A stretch of DNA of 34,252 nt, from NCBI GenBank assembly GCA_049975265.1, contig JBNGDF010000027.1:1-34252 (forward strand). Direction: 5' to 3'. The position numbers and the translations under genes are program-made. The notes below the pieces were generated by a model. It made no database searches. It saw only the letters and a program-made list of their open reading frames with translations, and was not told where the DNA came from. Positions 8,959 through 17,533 of the stretch are shown here, one piece after another. This DNA is from Fidelibacterota bacterium (lineage in GTDB: Bacteria; Fidelibacterota; UBA2242). The stretch's first letter is position 1; each line of letters starts with the position of its first letter.

Positions 8959-9726
8959 CTATGCTCCACTTTTGAATTGCTTGTAATCATCAATAAACAG
9001 GGGCAACAGCTTCCCGGACGGTCCTTCCAGACGGAGGTCAACCATATTACTGATTGCCGTCTGGTTTGTATTGACTTCGATAATATAGGCACCATGTTGT
9101 TTGGCTATCCGGGGCAGGTTGGACGCCGGCGCCACCTGTGCACTCGTACCGATACTGAGAAAAACATCCGCCTCTTCAGAGGCGATATATGCTCTTTCAA
9201 TACTATCTTCCGGCAGCGCTTCGCCGAACCAGACCACATTCGGTCGGATGAGTCCACCGCAGTAACAATGCGGTACATGGTTGGGATTATGACGATATAG
9301 CTCGTCAAATTCCTCCTGGGAATAACGCTGATTGCAGTTAATGCAGTAATTTTCCATAATATTGCCGTGCAATTCAACCACTTCGGTACTGCCGGCACGT
9401 TGATGCAGACCATCTACATTTTGAGTGATCAATACGAACTGTGGTGCGATTTTTTGCAGCTCTGCTAAGGCGAAATGACCGGGATTCGGTTGGGTATTAT
9501 GAATGATTTCCCGGCGGTGCTGGTACCATTCCGACACCATTGCGGTATTGTTGATAAACGCTTCAAAACTGGCTAGTTCTTCGGGTGACAATCTTTTCCA
9601 CAAGCCTTCCTCGCCCCGGAAAGTGGGGATACCGCTTTCCGCTGAAACTCCAGCGCCGGTGAGCGCGACAATTTTGGTAGCGTTGCGGAGTCTCCCGGCG
9701 GCTGTCTCATCCTTGATAATCTGCAT
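8959..9726 (-). CDS. cobB: NAD-dependent protein deacylase (sirtuin, class III-like)
   Basis: GAGVSAESGIPTFRG, YxxR (WYQHRR), ITQNVDGLHQRAG, HGNI, Zn cysteines CINC...CYC, RPNVVWFGE, IGTS. Confidence 0.95.
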   Translation of the reverse strand: MQIIKDETAAGRLRNATKIVALTGAGVSAESGIPTFRGEEGLWKRLSPEELASFEAFINNTAMVSEWYQHRREIIHNTQPNPGHFALAELQKIAPQFVLITQNVDGLHQRAGSTEVVELHGNIMENYCINCNQRYSQEEFDELYRHNPNHVPHCYCGGLIRPNVVWFGEALPEDSIERAYIASEEADVFLSIGTSAQVAPASNLPRIAKQHGAYIIEVNTNQTAISNMVDLRLEGPSGKLLPLFIDDYKQFKSGA

Positions 9727-9775
9727 GCGGTTTCGGTCTTTCTATCTAATTACAAACTCTGGTAATTTAATTCTT

Positions 9776-12331
9776 TTATCCTGTAAACCAATGAATTAAC
9801 CCGTCTTCAAAGGGGCTGCCCAGATCGGGATGTTTCGGGATGACCCGAATGGTAAAGCCGTTCAATCCGCAAACCCAGTTGTCGATCTGCCCCTTATAGC
9901 GATACTTGTTGAGTCCCGTTTCATGATCCAGCACCATGGATTGAAACATACCATCTTCGATCTCGCCCTTTTCGTCGACTTTTCCGTAATATATTTGAAT
10001 GTCAATATCATTGGGGTGAATTCCATCGAGAAAAATTTCTGTTTCTACTTCTAAGCTGTTTTTCACGGAAAGTTCCGTTATGGGACTGGTCTCAACATTC
10101 AGGAAACGGATGGATTCCCATTTTTGACGCATGTTCTTCTTCCAGGCAGCCAGCTCTTTGCTAATCTGGAAGGCGTTACTACGCATCTTTTCCGCCCGTT
10201 CTGCCGCCGGAAAATACATGATTTCGGTATAATCCTTGAGCATCCGGTTGGTATTGAAGAGATGACAGATGGTAGCGATGGAATCTTTCATATGGTGAAT
10301 CCAGTCACGGGGCAGACCGTCTTTGTCGCGATAGTAAAAGGTGGGAATGATCTCTTTTTCCAAAATATTGAGCAGCTTATTGGATTCCTGTTCATCCCAG
10401 TTTTTTTCATCCTCATAAATATCCCGGGTACCGATCGCCCAGCCGATCCCGGGATGATAAATTTCATCCCACCAGCCGTCCAGGGTACTGAAATTCAAGC
10501 CGCCGTTGACCGCCGATTTCATGCCGCTTGTACCGCACGCCTCCATTCCCCGGCGGGGATTGTTCAGCCAGATATCACAGCCCTGCACCAGATAGCGCGA
10601 AACATTCATGTCATAATTCTCAATAAAAACGATAGACTGATAAAAGCGTTCCTCATGGGAGAGTTTTAATATTTTCTGAATCAACCGCTTGCCTTCGGTA
10701 TCCTGGGGATGCGCCTTGCCGGCGATAATAATCTGGACGGGCTGCTTGGGATTGTTAAGCAGGGTTTCCAGACGGTCAGGATCGGAGAAAAGCAGGGCGG
10801 CGCGTTTATACGTGGCAAAGCGTCGGGCAAATCCGATGGTCAGGGCATCGGAATTCAGGACATTTTCCACCCGCGTTAATTCGTATTGCGGTTTACCGAG
10901 CTGACGATACTGTTTGACCAGACTGCGGCGGACAAACTCAATCAGTCGCTGCCGGCGACGCACGTGGGTTCGCCAGAGTTCGGCGTCGGGAATCTCATAT
11001 ACCTTTTTCCACAGATCCTCACTACACGGTTTCTGCGCCCAGTCAATGCCAAGATAGCGATCGTACAAGTCGGTCATTTCCCGGGATATCCAGGAAGCCT
11101 GATGGATGCCGTTGGTAATACTGATAATCGGGATTTCCTCCTCCAGCAGTCCTGACCAGAGTGAGCGCCACATCCGCCGCGAAACCACGCCGTGGAGTTT
11201 ACTGACGGCATTGGCTTTATAAGAGAGATTCAGAGCCAGCACCGCCATGGAAAAATCCTCCCTGGGATTCTCTGCTTTGGATTGTCCCAGCGCCAGCAGC
11301 TCAGGAATGGTTATGCCCACCTCTTTGCTAAAATTCCTGAAATATTTTTCCATCAGCTCAACAGAAAACAGGTCGATTCCGGCTTTCACCGGCGTATGGG
11401 TCGTAAAAAGGGAGCTGGCTTTCACCACCTCCAGAGCTTCCAGAAAAGTCAGTTTGTGACGCTGAACCAAATTGCGGATTCGCTCCAGCCCGGAAAACGC
11501 CGAATGTCCCTCATTGAGGTGAAATACACAATTCTCCATTCCAATCGCCTGCAGCAACCGCACGCCGCCCATACCAAGAACAATCTCCTGCTGAATACGC
11601 GTCTCTGTATTACCGCCGTAGAGTTCTGCAGTGATCCTGCGGTCTTCCTCACTGTTTTCATCGACATTCGTGTCCAGCAGATAGAGATGAATCCGTCCCA
11701 CTTCGGCTTTCCAGACCTGCGCATAGACTGTTCTGTCCACCATGGGAACTTCGATCGACATTCTCTGATCGTCATTGGTCTTCACTAAACTCAGCGGCAT
11801 GTTGTAAAAATCATTGGCGGCAACCTTCTCTTCCTGCCAGTCATCCACGCCGATGCTCTGCTGGAAATAACCATTCTGATACGAAAGCCCCACCGCGCAG
11901 AGCGGAATCCCCAAATCAGAGGAAGATTTTAAGTGATCGCCGGAGAGCACACCCAATCCGCCGGAATATACCGCCAGGCTCTCTGTAATTCCGTATTCCA
12001 TCGAAAAATAGGCAACCTGCAAATCAACATTCTCTTTCGGCTGAAACCAGGTTTTCCTGGAAAGCATATAGTCAAATCGCTCAGCAACCCGGTCCAACTG
12101 AAACAGGTAGCTGTCATCTTTTGCCCGCTCTTCCAGCACCGTCTGACCGACGCGGGATAACATCAGGACCGGATTGTGACGAACATCCTCCCATAAATCC
12201 TGATCGAGACGCCGAAACAGTTCCCGGGCTTCAAAATCCCAACTCCACCACAGGTTGTTGGCAATATCGCGGAGACGTTTTATGCGGTCCGGCAAGACGG
12301 GGGATACGGTAAACTTCTTTATTGGTTTCAT
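9776..12331 (-). CDS. glgP: Alpha-glucan (glycogen/maltodextrin) phosphorylase
   Basis: NLWWSW, YFSMEYG, YSGGLGVLSGDHLK, HLNEGH, TTHTPV, FARRFATYKRA, AGKAHP and the PLP motif EACGTSGMK. GGAG SD upstream. Confidence 0.97.
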   Translation of the reverse strand: MKPIKKFTVSPVLPDRIKRLRDIANNLWWSWDFEARELFRRLDQDLWEDVRHNPVLMLSRVGQTVLEERAKDDSYLFQLDRVAERFDYMLSRKTWFQPKENVDLQVAYFSMEYGITESLAVYSGGLGVLSGDHLKSSSDLGIPLCAVGLSYQNGYFQQSIGVDDWQEEKVAANDFYNMPLSLVKTNDDQRMSIEVPMVDRTVYAQVWKAEVGRIHLYLLDTNVDENSEEDRRITAELYGGNTETRIQQEIVLGMGGVRLLQAIGMENCVFHLNEGHSAFSGLERIRNLVQRHKLTFLEALEVVKASSLFTTHTPVKAGIDLFSVELMEKYFRNFSKEVGITIPELLALGQSKAENPREDFSMAVLALNLSYKANAVSKLHGVVSRRMWRSLWSGLLEEEIPIISITNGIHQASWISREMTDLYDRYLGIDWAQKPCSEDLWKKVYEIPDAELWRTHVRRRQRLIEFVRRSLVKQYRQLGKPQYELTRVENVLNSDALTIGFARRFATYKRAALLFSDPDRLETLLNNPKQPVQIIIAGKAHPQDTEGKRLIQKILKLSHEERFYQSIVFIENYDMNVSRYLVQGCDIWLNNPRRGMEACGTSGMKSAVNGGLNFSTLDGWWDEIYHPGIGWAIGTRDIYEDEKNWDEQESNKLLNILEKEIIPTFYYRDKDGLPRDWIHHMKDSIATICHLFNTNRMLKDYTEIMYFPAAERAEKMRSNAFQISKELAAWKKNMRQKWESIRFLNVETSPITELSVKNSLEVETEIFLDGIHPNDIDIQIYYGKVDEKGEIEDGMFQSMVLDHETGLNKYRYKGQIDNWVCGLNGFTIRVIPKHPDLGSPFEDGLIHWFTG

Positions 12332-12477
12332 CGATTATGTTTCTCCTTAATTTCACTAAGACGGTGATAAACTTAACCATTCAGTCAAAGTGAAGCAAGT
12401 AGAGTTCATTTGTGAATCGTAATTCCGAAATTTTTAATTTGTGAGATGCAATAACTAACATTTGTTTATTGGCTTGA

Positions 12478-12506
12478 TTTACATAAATTTGAATTATGGT
12501 TATTTT
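12478..12506 (+). promoter_or_regulatory. Putative sigma70 promoter for the GHL10/GH3 operon
   Basis: TTTACA-N17-TATTTT in the AT-rich divergent spacer, 43 nt upstream of ATG 12550. Confidence 0.3.
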
Positions 12507-12549
12507 TAACATTTCCCTGTTAACCACCGCTAATAATACGGGAGAAACC

Positions 12550-14109
12550 ATGAAAACAAACACACGTGAACTGCTTTTCTATCTGTTGGGCGCAGTTGGA
12601 ATGCTGATACTGATTTTCATCTTAATTACACTGCTTCAGCCCCTCTCGGAAATTGTCGAAATCACGCCGTCACCCACCCCACCGGCACGGGAACTGCGGG
12701 GCGTCTGGATGAGCCGTTTTAATTACACACAGAACCTGGAAACAACCGAAAAAGAGACAATTCAGGAATACATTCGCAACTCCTTCCGAACGCTGAAAAA
12801 TGCCAACTGCAACACAGTTTTTTTTCAGGTCCGCGGCAACGGTGATGTCTTCTACCCCTCCAGATATGAACCCTGGAGTCACATGCTGACTGGTACATTG
12901 GGGCAGGACCCCGGTTGGGACCCCCTGCAGTTTGCCGTCCAGACTGCGCATGAATACAATCTGCAACTGCATGCCTGGATAAATACTTTTCCCTGCTGGC
13001 GCGGCACCGCTGATCCAATCCCCACAAATCCGCCTCACCCCTTCGCTGCTCAACCCGACTGGGTCGTCTGCGACAGCAACGGTGTCCCGATGCCGAAATC
13101 CAATCACTATGTCTTCTTCTCGCCCGGAAATCCCGAAGTCCATCGCCACATTCGGAACATCGTCCTGGAAATCATCTCAACTTACGATGTTGACGGAATC
13201 CACTTCGATTATATCCGTTATCCCGAAGGCACGCTGGATAACGGCTTTTCCCATGATGCCGTCAGCGTAGCCCGGTTCAACTCCCGTAAGAGCAATCCCC
13301 TGAAACTGGACTGGGAAAACTGGCAGCGGGAACAGATCACCGAATTTCTGGCAAGTGTCTATGACACCGTCATGGTCACAAAACCCTCCGTGAACATATC
13401 GGCAGCGGTGCTTGGCAATTACAATGCCCCCGGCTGGAACGGTTACCATCAGGTCTTTCAGGATGCTGCCCGCTGGGCGGCGATCGGTAAGATCGATCTG
13501 ATCGTTCCAATGACCTACGCAGCCCGGGCAAACGGTCGCTTTCAGTCCCTGATTGATCGCTGGGTAACTCTTCCAAATATCAGACAGCCGATTACACCCG
13601 GGCTGGGAGCCTGGACCCTGCCATTTACGGAAATTCTGCAGGAGATTGAGGATGTCCGGGCAGCCGGATTGGACGGAATGACACTCTTTGCCGTGAGTTC
13701 GCTCAACGATGCCCAGTGGGATTCATTGCGGGAAATGAAATTTCCTCATCCTGCTCTCCCCCCGGCGATGCCCTGGAAATTTAATCAACCGGTTCCGGCG
13801 CCGGATAACTGCATTATGCAAATAATAGATGGCGCTCTGGTTATGAACTGGCAGAATATGCCACCGGCGGAAAAAGGCAATTTTATCCGAAATTTCATCA
13901 TTTATACCAGCGCCGAAGATTCGGTGGACATCACCGACGGTTCAGCCATTATGGCTATTCTTCCGGGTTCTGTAGACCAGTACACCTGTAAACCCGATGA
14001 TACTCACCAGAAACTACAGTACTTTATCGCAGCACTGGACGCCGCCAATAATGCAAGCGAGATTCGCCGGTTTATACTCTATCCGGTTCAAGGAGATTCG
14101 CTGCAATGA
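12550..14109 (+). CDS. GHL10-family glycoside hydrolase (YddW/DigH-like), N-terminal membrane anchor, C-terminal Fn3-like domain
   Basis: RELRGVW, NTVFFQVR, YPSRYEPWS, PGWDPL, LHAWIN, YDVDGIHFDYIRYP, PMTY. GGAG SD at 12541 before ATG 12550. Confidence 0.9.
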   Translation: MKTNTRELLFYLLGAVGMLILIFILITLLQPLSEIVEITPSPTPPARELRGVWMSRFNYTQNLETTEKETIQEYIRNSFRTLKNANCNTVFFQVRGNGDVFYPSRYEPWSHMLTGTLGQDPGWDPLQFAVQTAHEYNLQLHAWINTFPCWRGTADPIPTNPPHPFAAQPDWVVCDSNGVPMPKSNHYVFFSPGNPEVHRHIRNIVLEIISTYDVDGIHFDYIRYPEGTLDNGFSHDAVSVARFNSRKSNPLKLDWENWQREQITEFLASVYDTVMVTKPSVNISAAVLGNYNAPGWNGYHQVFQDAARWAAIGKIDLIVPMTYAARANGRFQSLIDRWVTLPNIRQPITPGLGAWTLPFTEILQEIEDVRAAGLDGMTLFAVSSLNDAQWDSLREMKFPHPALPPAMPWKFNQPVPAPDNCIMQIIDGALVMNWQNMPPAEKGNFIRNFIIYTSAEDSVDITDGSAIMAILPGSVDQYTCKPDDTHQKLQYFIAALDAANNASEIRRFILYPVQGDSLQ

Positions 14110-17012
14110 AAACGGCTCGCCCACTATTGTTGATCCTGCTTTTCTGGATTTTCAACTGTTCGCAACAAGCCGTCATCGAGCGGGACGAGACGGGTAGTTC
14201 GGACTGGATTGAAAAGACCCTTGCCTCCATGACGCTGGACCAGAAAATCGGACAGATGATCCTGATGACGTTCAACCCCTCCTATATGGCTGACTCCAGC
14301 GATGCCTGGCTGACAATCCGCGATGATATTATTCACAGGCATGTTTTCGGGTATCACATCTGGCGGGGCGACATCTATGCCGCCCGGCACTACATTCGCA
14401 AAATGCAGGCTCTGGCGGCGATCCCGCTGGTATTCTCTGCCGATTTCGAGCGGGGTGTCGGTTTGAAATTTGACGGTGCGGTGGAATTTCCGCCCAATAT
14501 GGCTTTCGGTGCCAGCGGTGATCCAAATTACGCCTATCAATTAGGCGCAATCACCGCCCGGGAAGCACGCTCCCTGGGTTTCGCAACGGTTTTTGCACCG
14601 GTTGTCGATATCCAGAACAATCCCGACAATCCGATTGTCAATACCCGCTCTTTCGGCGAAAGTCCCGAGCTGGTGTCGCGCATGCTGACCGCTTTTATCC
14701 AGGGAGCACACGATCAGCAATTCGGGACGGTGGCTAAACATTTTCCGGGACACGGCAATACGAACTTCGACTCACATATCGATCTCGCCACTATTTACTC
14801 TTCAAAAGAGGCTATCGAATCCACCGCGTTGGTGCCCTTCAGAGCCGCCATCGCAGCCGATGTTGATATGATCATGACCGCCCACATCTGTGTCCCCGCC
14901 CTGGAAAAGACCCCCGGTTTACCGGCGACACTCAGCAAATTAATTCTAACCGACCTGCTGCGTCACGAATTGGGTTACGACGGTGTCATCATCAGCGATG
15001 CGATGAGCATGGGCGGTATTCGTAATAATTTTACCGAAGAATTTGCTGCTGTTTCGGCAATTCATGCCGGCTGCGATCTGCTGATCAATAACGGCAGCAG
15101 TGCAACGTTCACCTTCGAGGCGATCAAAGCGGCGGTAAACCGGGGACGACTGACAGAAGCCCGCATCGACAGTTCAGTTCGCAGACTGCTCAGACTGAAA
15201 GCCGATCTGGGGCTGTTCCGCAATTCCCTGTTGGATCTGGACAACGGCGACCGCGTCATTGGTCATGCAAAATCCCATGCGCTGGCTCAGGAGATTGCCG
15301 AACGCGCCATTACTCTCGTGAAAGACGAACAGAGCCTGCTGCCTCTCAATACCAAGCCGGTCCGGGCAATTGTTAATCTGTACGACGTGAACACCCGGCA
15401 TGAAATCAATCTATTCCAGTCCGAAATGCAGCAGCTCCATCCGGAAGCATCCCTGTTTAATCTCGACCTCTCCGACAACACCGCCGATTATGCTGCAGTT
15501 CTGGATTCAATTCCATCGGAGTCGGTTGTAATCATCGGTGGTTTTATCCGCTATGGCGCCTATAAAGGTCATATTGATTTATCACCCGACCAGATCAACT
15601 TCATTCGTATGCTGCAGCAAAAAACGCCGAACGTCGTTTTATACTCCTTTGGTAATCCCTATATTCTGCGCCATTTTCCCGACCTGAGTACCGCTCTCTG
15701 CGGTTTCGGCTGGCAACCGGTCTGCCAAATGGCGGCGGCAAAAGCCCTGACCGGTCAGATCGACATTACCGGGAAAATGCCGGTCACGGTTCCTGGTATC
15801 ATCGATTTCAATTGCGGCATTGATTTGGCTAAATCCACAGAGCCGGTTTTACCCCGGAAAACCGGAATCACTGAATTGCCCATAAGGCGGGGTTTTCCGG
15901 AAGAGGTCCATATTGATCCTGCCAGACTCCGGGAAATTGAGAAACTTCTGCTCCTGGGTGTGCAGGACTCTGCCTATCCGGGCGGCGTCTTTCTGGCGCT
16001 CAGGGATGGTGTGATTTTCGAAGAATTCTGCTTTGGAAAACTGGATTATAATGAAAATTCGGCTTCCGTCAACAACCGTACAATCTACGACCTGGCATCG
16101 CTGACAAAACCCTGCGCTACCACTATGGCGGCAATGCTGCTGTTTGACAAGGGACTGTTAGACCTGGATGAAAAAGTCAGTGCTACGCTTCCGGTATTCG
16201 CCGGCAAGGGTAAAGAATACATCACCATCCGTCATTTACTGACTCACTCTTCCGGTCTTCCGCCGTTTATCCGGCTTTGGAAAATTGCGGATACTCCCCG
16301 GGCAATGCTCGACAGTCTGCTTGCCTGCGATCTTGTCTATACCCCGGGAACCGAGACCCGGTACAGCTGCATGGGCATGATTCTGTTGCAAAAAGTTATC
16401 GAGGCTAAAACGGGTCAGTCACTGGATCTTTTTCTCCAAAAGAATCTCTACCAGCCGCTGGGTCTGAGAAATACATTTTTCAATCCGCCACCGGAAGTTT
16501 GGGGAAATCTCGCTCCCACGGAGTACGATCCTGAGCGCGGCGGTATCGTGCATGGCAGGGTCCACGATGAAAACGCCTTTTATCTGGGCGGCGTCTCCGG
16601 CAACGCCGGGCTTTTTTCCACCGCCAGGGATTTGGCGATTCTGTCCCAGCTATTGATCAATAAAGGGAATTACAAGGGACGGCAATATATTAATCCGGAG
16701 ACTGTCGCTCTGTTTACGAAGCCGCAGAATATGGTTGCCGGCAGTTTCCGGACGCTGGGTTGGGGTATCCCTTCCGGCAACTCCTCGGCAGGTCAGTACT
16801 TTTCGGTGAATTCCATCGGTCATACCGGATTCACCGGTACCAGTATCTGGATCGATCCCGAAAAGAAACTGGCGGGAATATTGCTAACCAATCGCGTACA
16901 TCCGACCCGTGACAATCACAAACTCTACGATTTTCGCTACAAAATCTATGATCTGCTGCAGGAATCTGTGACGGATTATCCACTGGTAAAGAATCCGAAC
17001 GTGGATTATTAG
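14106..17012 (+). CDS. Fusion of a GH3 beta-N-acetylglucosaminidase (NagZ-type) and a beta-lactamase-fold serine hydrolase (AmiE-like); probable lipoprotein
   Basis: GH3: DFERG, RSFG, KHFPGHGNTNFDSH, ISDAMSM. C-terminal half: YDLASLTK (SxxK), LLTHSSGL, YSC, VHDENA, GHTGFTGT. Signal peptide ends IFN-C. ATGA overlap with the GHL10 gene. Confidence 0.9.
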   Translation: MKTARPLLLILLFWIFNCSQQAVIERDETGSSDWIEKTLASMTLDQKIGQMILMTFNPSYMADSSDAWLTIRDDIIHRHVFGYHIWRGDIYAARHYIRKMQALAAIPLVFSADFERGVGLKFDGAVEFPPNMAFGASGDPNYAYQLGAITAREARSLGFATVFAPVVDIQNNPDNPIVNTRSFGESPELVSRMLTAFIQGAHDQQFGTVAKHFPGHGNTNFDSHIDLATIYSSKEAIESTALVPFRAAIAADVDMIMTAHICVPALEKTPGLPATLSKLILTDLLRHELGYDGVIISDAMSMGGIRNNFTEEFAAVSAIHAGCDLLINNGSSATFTFEAIKAAVNRGRLTEARIDSSVRRLLRLKADLGLFRNSLLDLDNGDRVIGHAKSHALAQEIAERAITLVKDEQSLLPLNTKPVRAIVNLYDVNTRHEINLFQSEMQQLHPEASLFNLDLSDNTADYAAVLDSIPSESVVIIGGFIRYGAYKGHIDLSPDQINFIRMLQQKTPNVVLYSFGNPYILRHFPDLSTALCGFGWQPVCQMAAAKALTGQIDITGKMPVTVPGIIDFNCGIDLAKSTEPVLPRKTGITELPIRRGFPEEVHIDPARLREIEKLLLLGVQDSAYPGGVFLALRDGVIFEEFCFGKLDYNENSASVNNRTIYDLASLTKPCATTMAAMLLFDKGLLDLDEKVSATLPVFAGKGKEYITIRHLLTHSSGLPPFIRLWKIADTPRAMLDSLLACDLVYTPGTETRYSCMGMILLQKVIEAKTGQSLDLFLQKNLYQPLGLRNTFFNPPPEVWGNLAPTEYDPERGGIVHGRVHDENAFYLGGVSGNAGLFSTARDLAILSQLLINKGNYKGRQYINPETVALFTKPQNMVAGSFRTLGWGIPSGNSSAGQYFSVNSIGHTGFTGTSIWIDPEKKLAGILLTNRVHPTRDNHKLYDFRYKIYDLLQESVTDYPLVKNPNVDY

Positions 17013-17060
17013 GGATTTGCCGTAGAGACACAGAGAACACCGAGTTAGTTTTTTTTAGTA

Positions 17061-17093
17061 TGCAAAATATTTTTAAACGTAAAGTATTTTGCA
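17061..17093. repeat. AT-rich inverted repeat (hairpin or operator)
   Basis: tgcaaaatatttt-N7-aaagtattttgca; the 13-bp arms differ at one position (G-U on the + strand). Confidence 0.55.
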
Positions 17094-17104
17094 ACCCTGT
17101 GCTG

Positions 17105-17201
17105 GTCATCACGAGCACTCCCGATAAATCTGGATAAGAAGATGATCCGTGAAGTCCTATCTCCAAAGACTGCCGCGCTCTCTGTGTTCGCTCGTAGTGA
17201 C
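17105..17201. repeat. Degenerate ~97-bp palindromic element with GTCAT...GTGAC ends
   Basis: Terminal inverted repeat gtcatcacgagc / gctcgtagtgac (10/12). The right half, agactgccgcgctc...ttcgctcgtagtgac, resembles from memory the GTCATTGCGAG...CTCGCAATGAC intergenic repeats. Confidence 0.55.
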
Positions 17202-17239
17202 GGGTTGGAAAACGACATAACCAGCGGACAAACCAAACC

Positions 17240-17284
17240 GCCATTCTGAAGAAGTCCAGCTCCTGACGGACGACTGAAGAATCT
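17240..17284. repeat. Half of a GTCATTCTGA...GAAGAATCT-type palindromic repeat
   Basis: gccattctgaagaagtcc-agctcctgac-ggacgactgaagaatct, with an internal gtcc/ggac stem. Family resemblance is from memory. Confidence 0.45.
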
Positions 17285-17310
17285 GTTGCCTTATGAGGTT
17301 TAGGTTACTC

Positions 17311-17368
17311 CGTGACGTCGTTCCTACGGCGTCACGCAGATTATGTTACATCGCAGGAACGGCGTAAC
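17311..17368. repeat. REP-like inverted doublet (REPIN/BIME-like), copy 2
   Basis: Unit A cgtgacgtcgttcctacggcgtcacg (17311-17336) and unit B gttacatcgcaggaacggcgtaac (17345-17368). Each is a hairpin, and B matches the reverse complement of A at 18/24 positions. Confidence 0.75.
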
Positions 17369-17391
17369 CAGTAAAAAAAGGTTTTTCACAT

Positions 17392-17465
17392 TGTCCCTGC
17401 CCGAAAAATTCGGTTGAGGCAGGTTCTCACTCCACCACCGGTCAGATATCCCTGCAGGTATGACA
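17392..17465. repeat. Degenerate palindromic element with TGTC...GACA ends
   Basis: Nested stems cctgcc/ggcagg and ccgaa/ttcgg; ends tgtccctgc...cctgcaggtatgaca. Confidence 0.4.
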
Positions 17466-17533
17466 TTCTCAGAATTTTATTTGGTTTTATTCTGGCAATT
17501 TCCATATTTTAGTTCCGTATTTGGAGCCGGTTC

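Noticed and set aside
8937..9095. N-terminal extensions in the ORF track (TPR protein to 9095; also glmU 4093, GHL10 12496, envC 27299)
   Set aside because: They overlap neighbouring genes or promoters. Downstream ATGs have better SD, signal-peptide or coupling context.
8959..9726. Sirtuin as an anti-phage SIR2 effector
   Set aside because: It is a canonical CobB with a Zn module in a housekeeping run, with no defence partner genes.
15900..17012. Beta-lactam resistance gene
   Set aside because: The SxxK domain is fused to NagZ, has YSC and HTG motifs, and sits in a peptidoglycan-recycling context; an amidase or esterase is more likely.
17013..17533. Riboswitch, known ncRNA or small ORF (17045-17236) in the long spacer
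   Set aside because: No recognisable riboswitch consensus and no coding features. Better explained as repeat remnants, though an Rfam scan was not possible.
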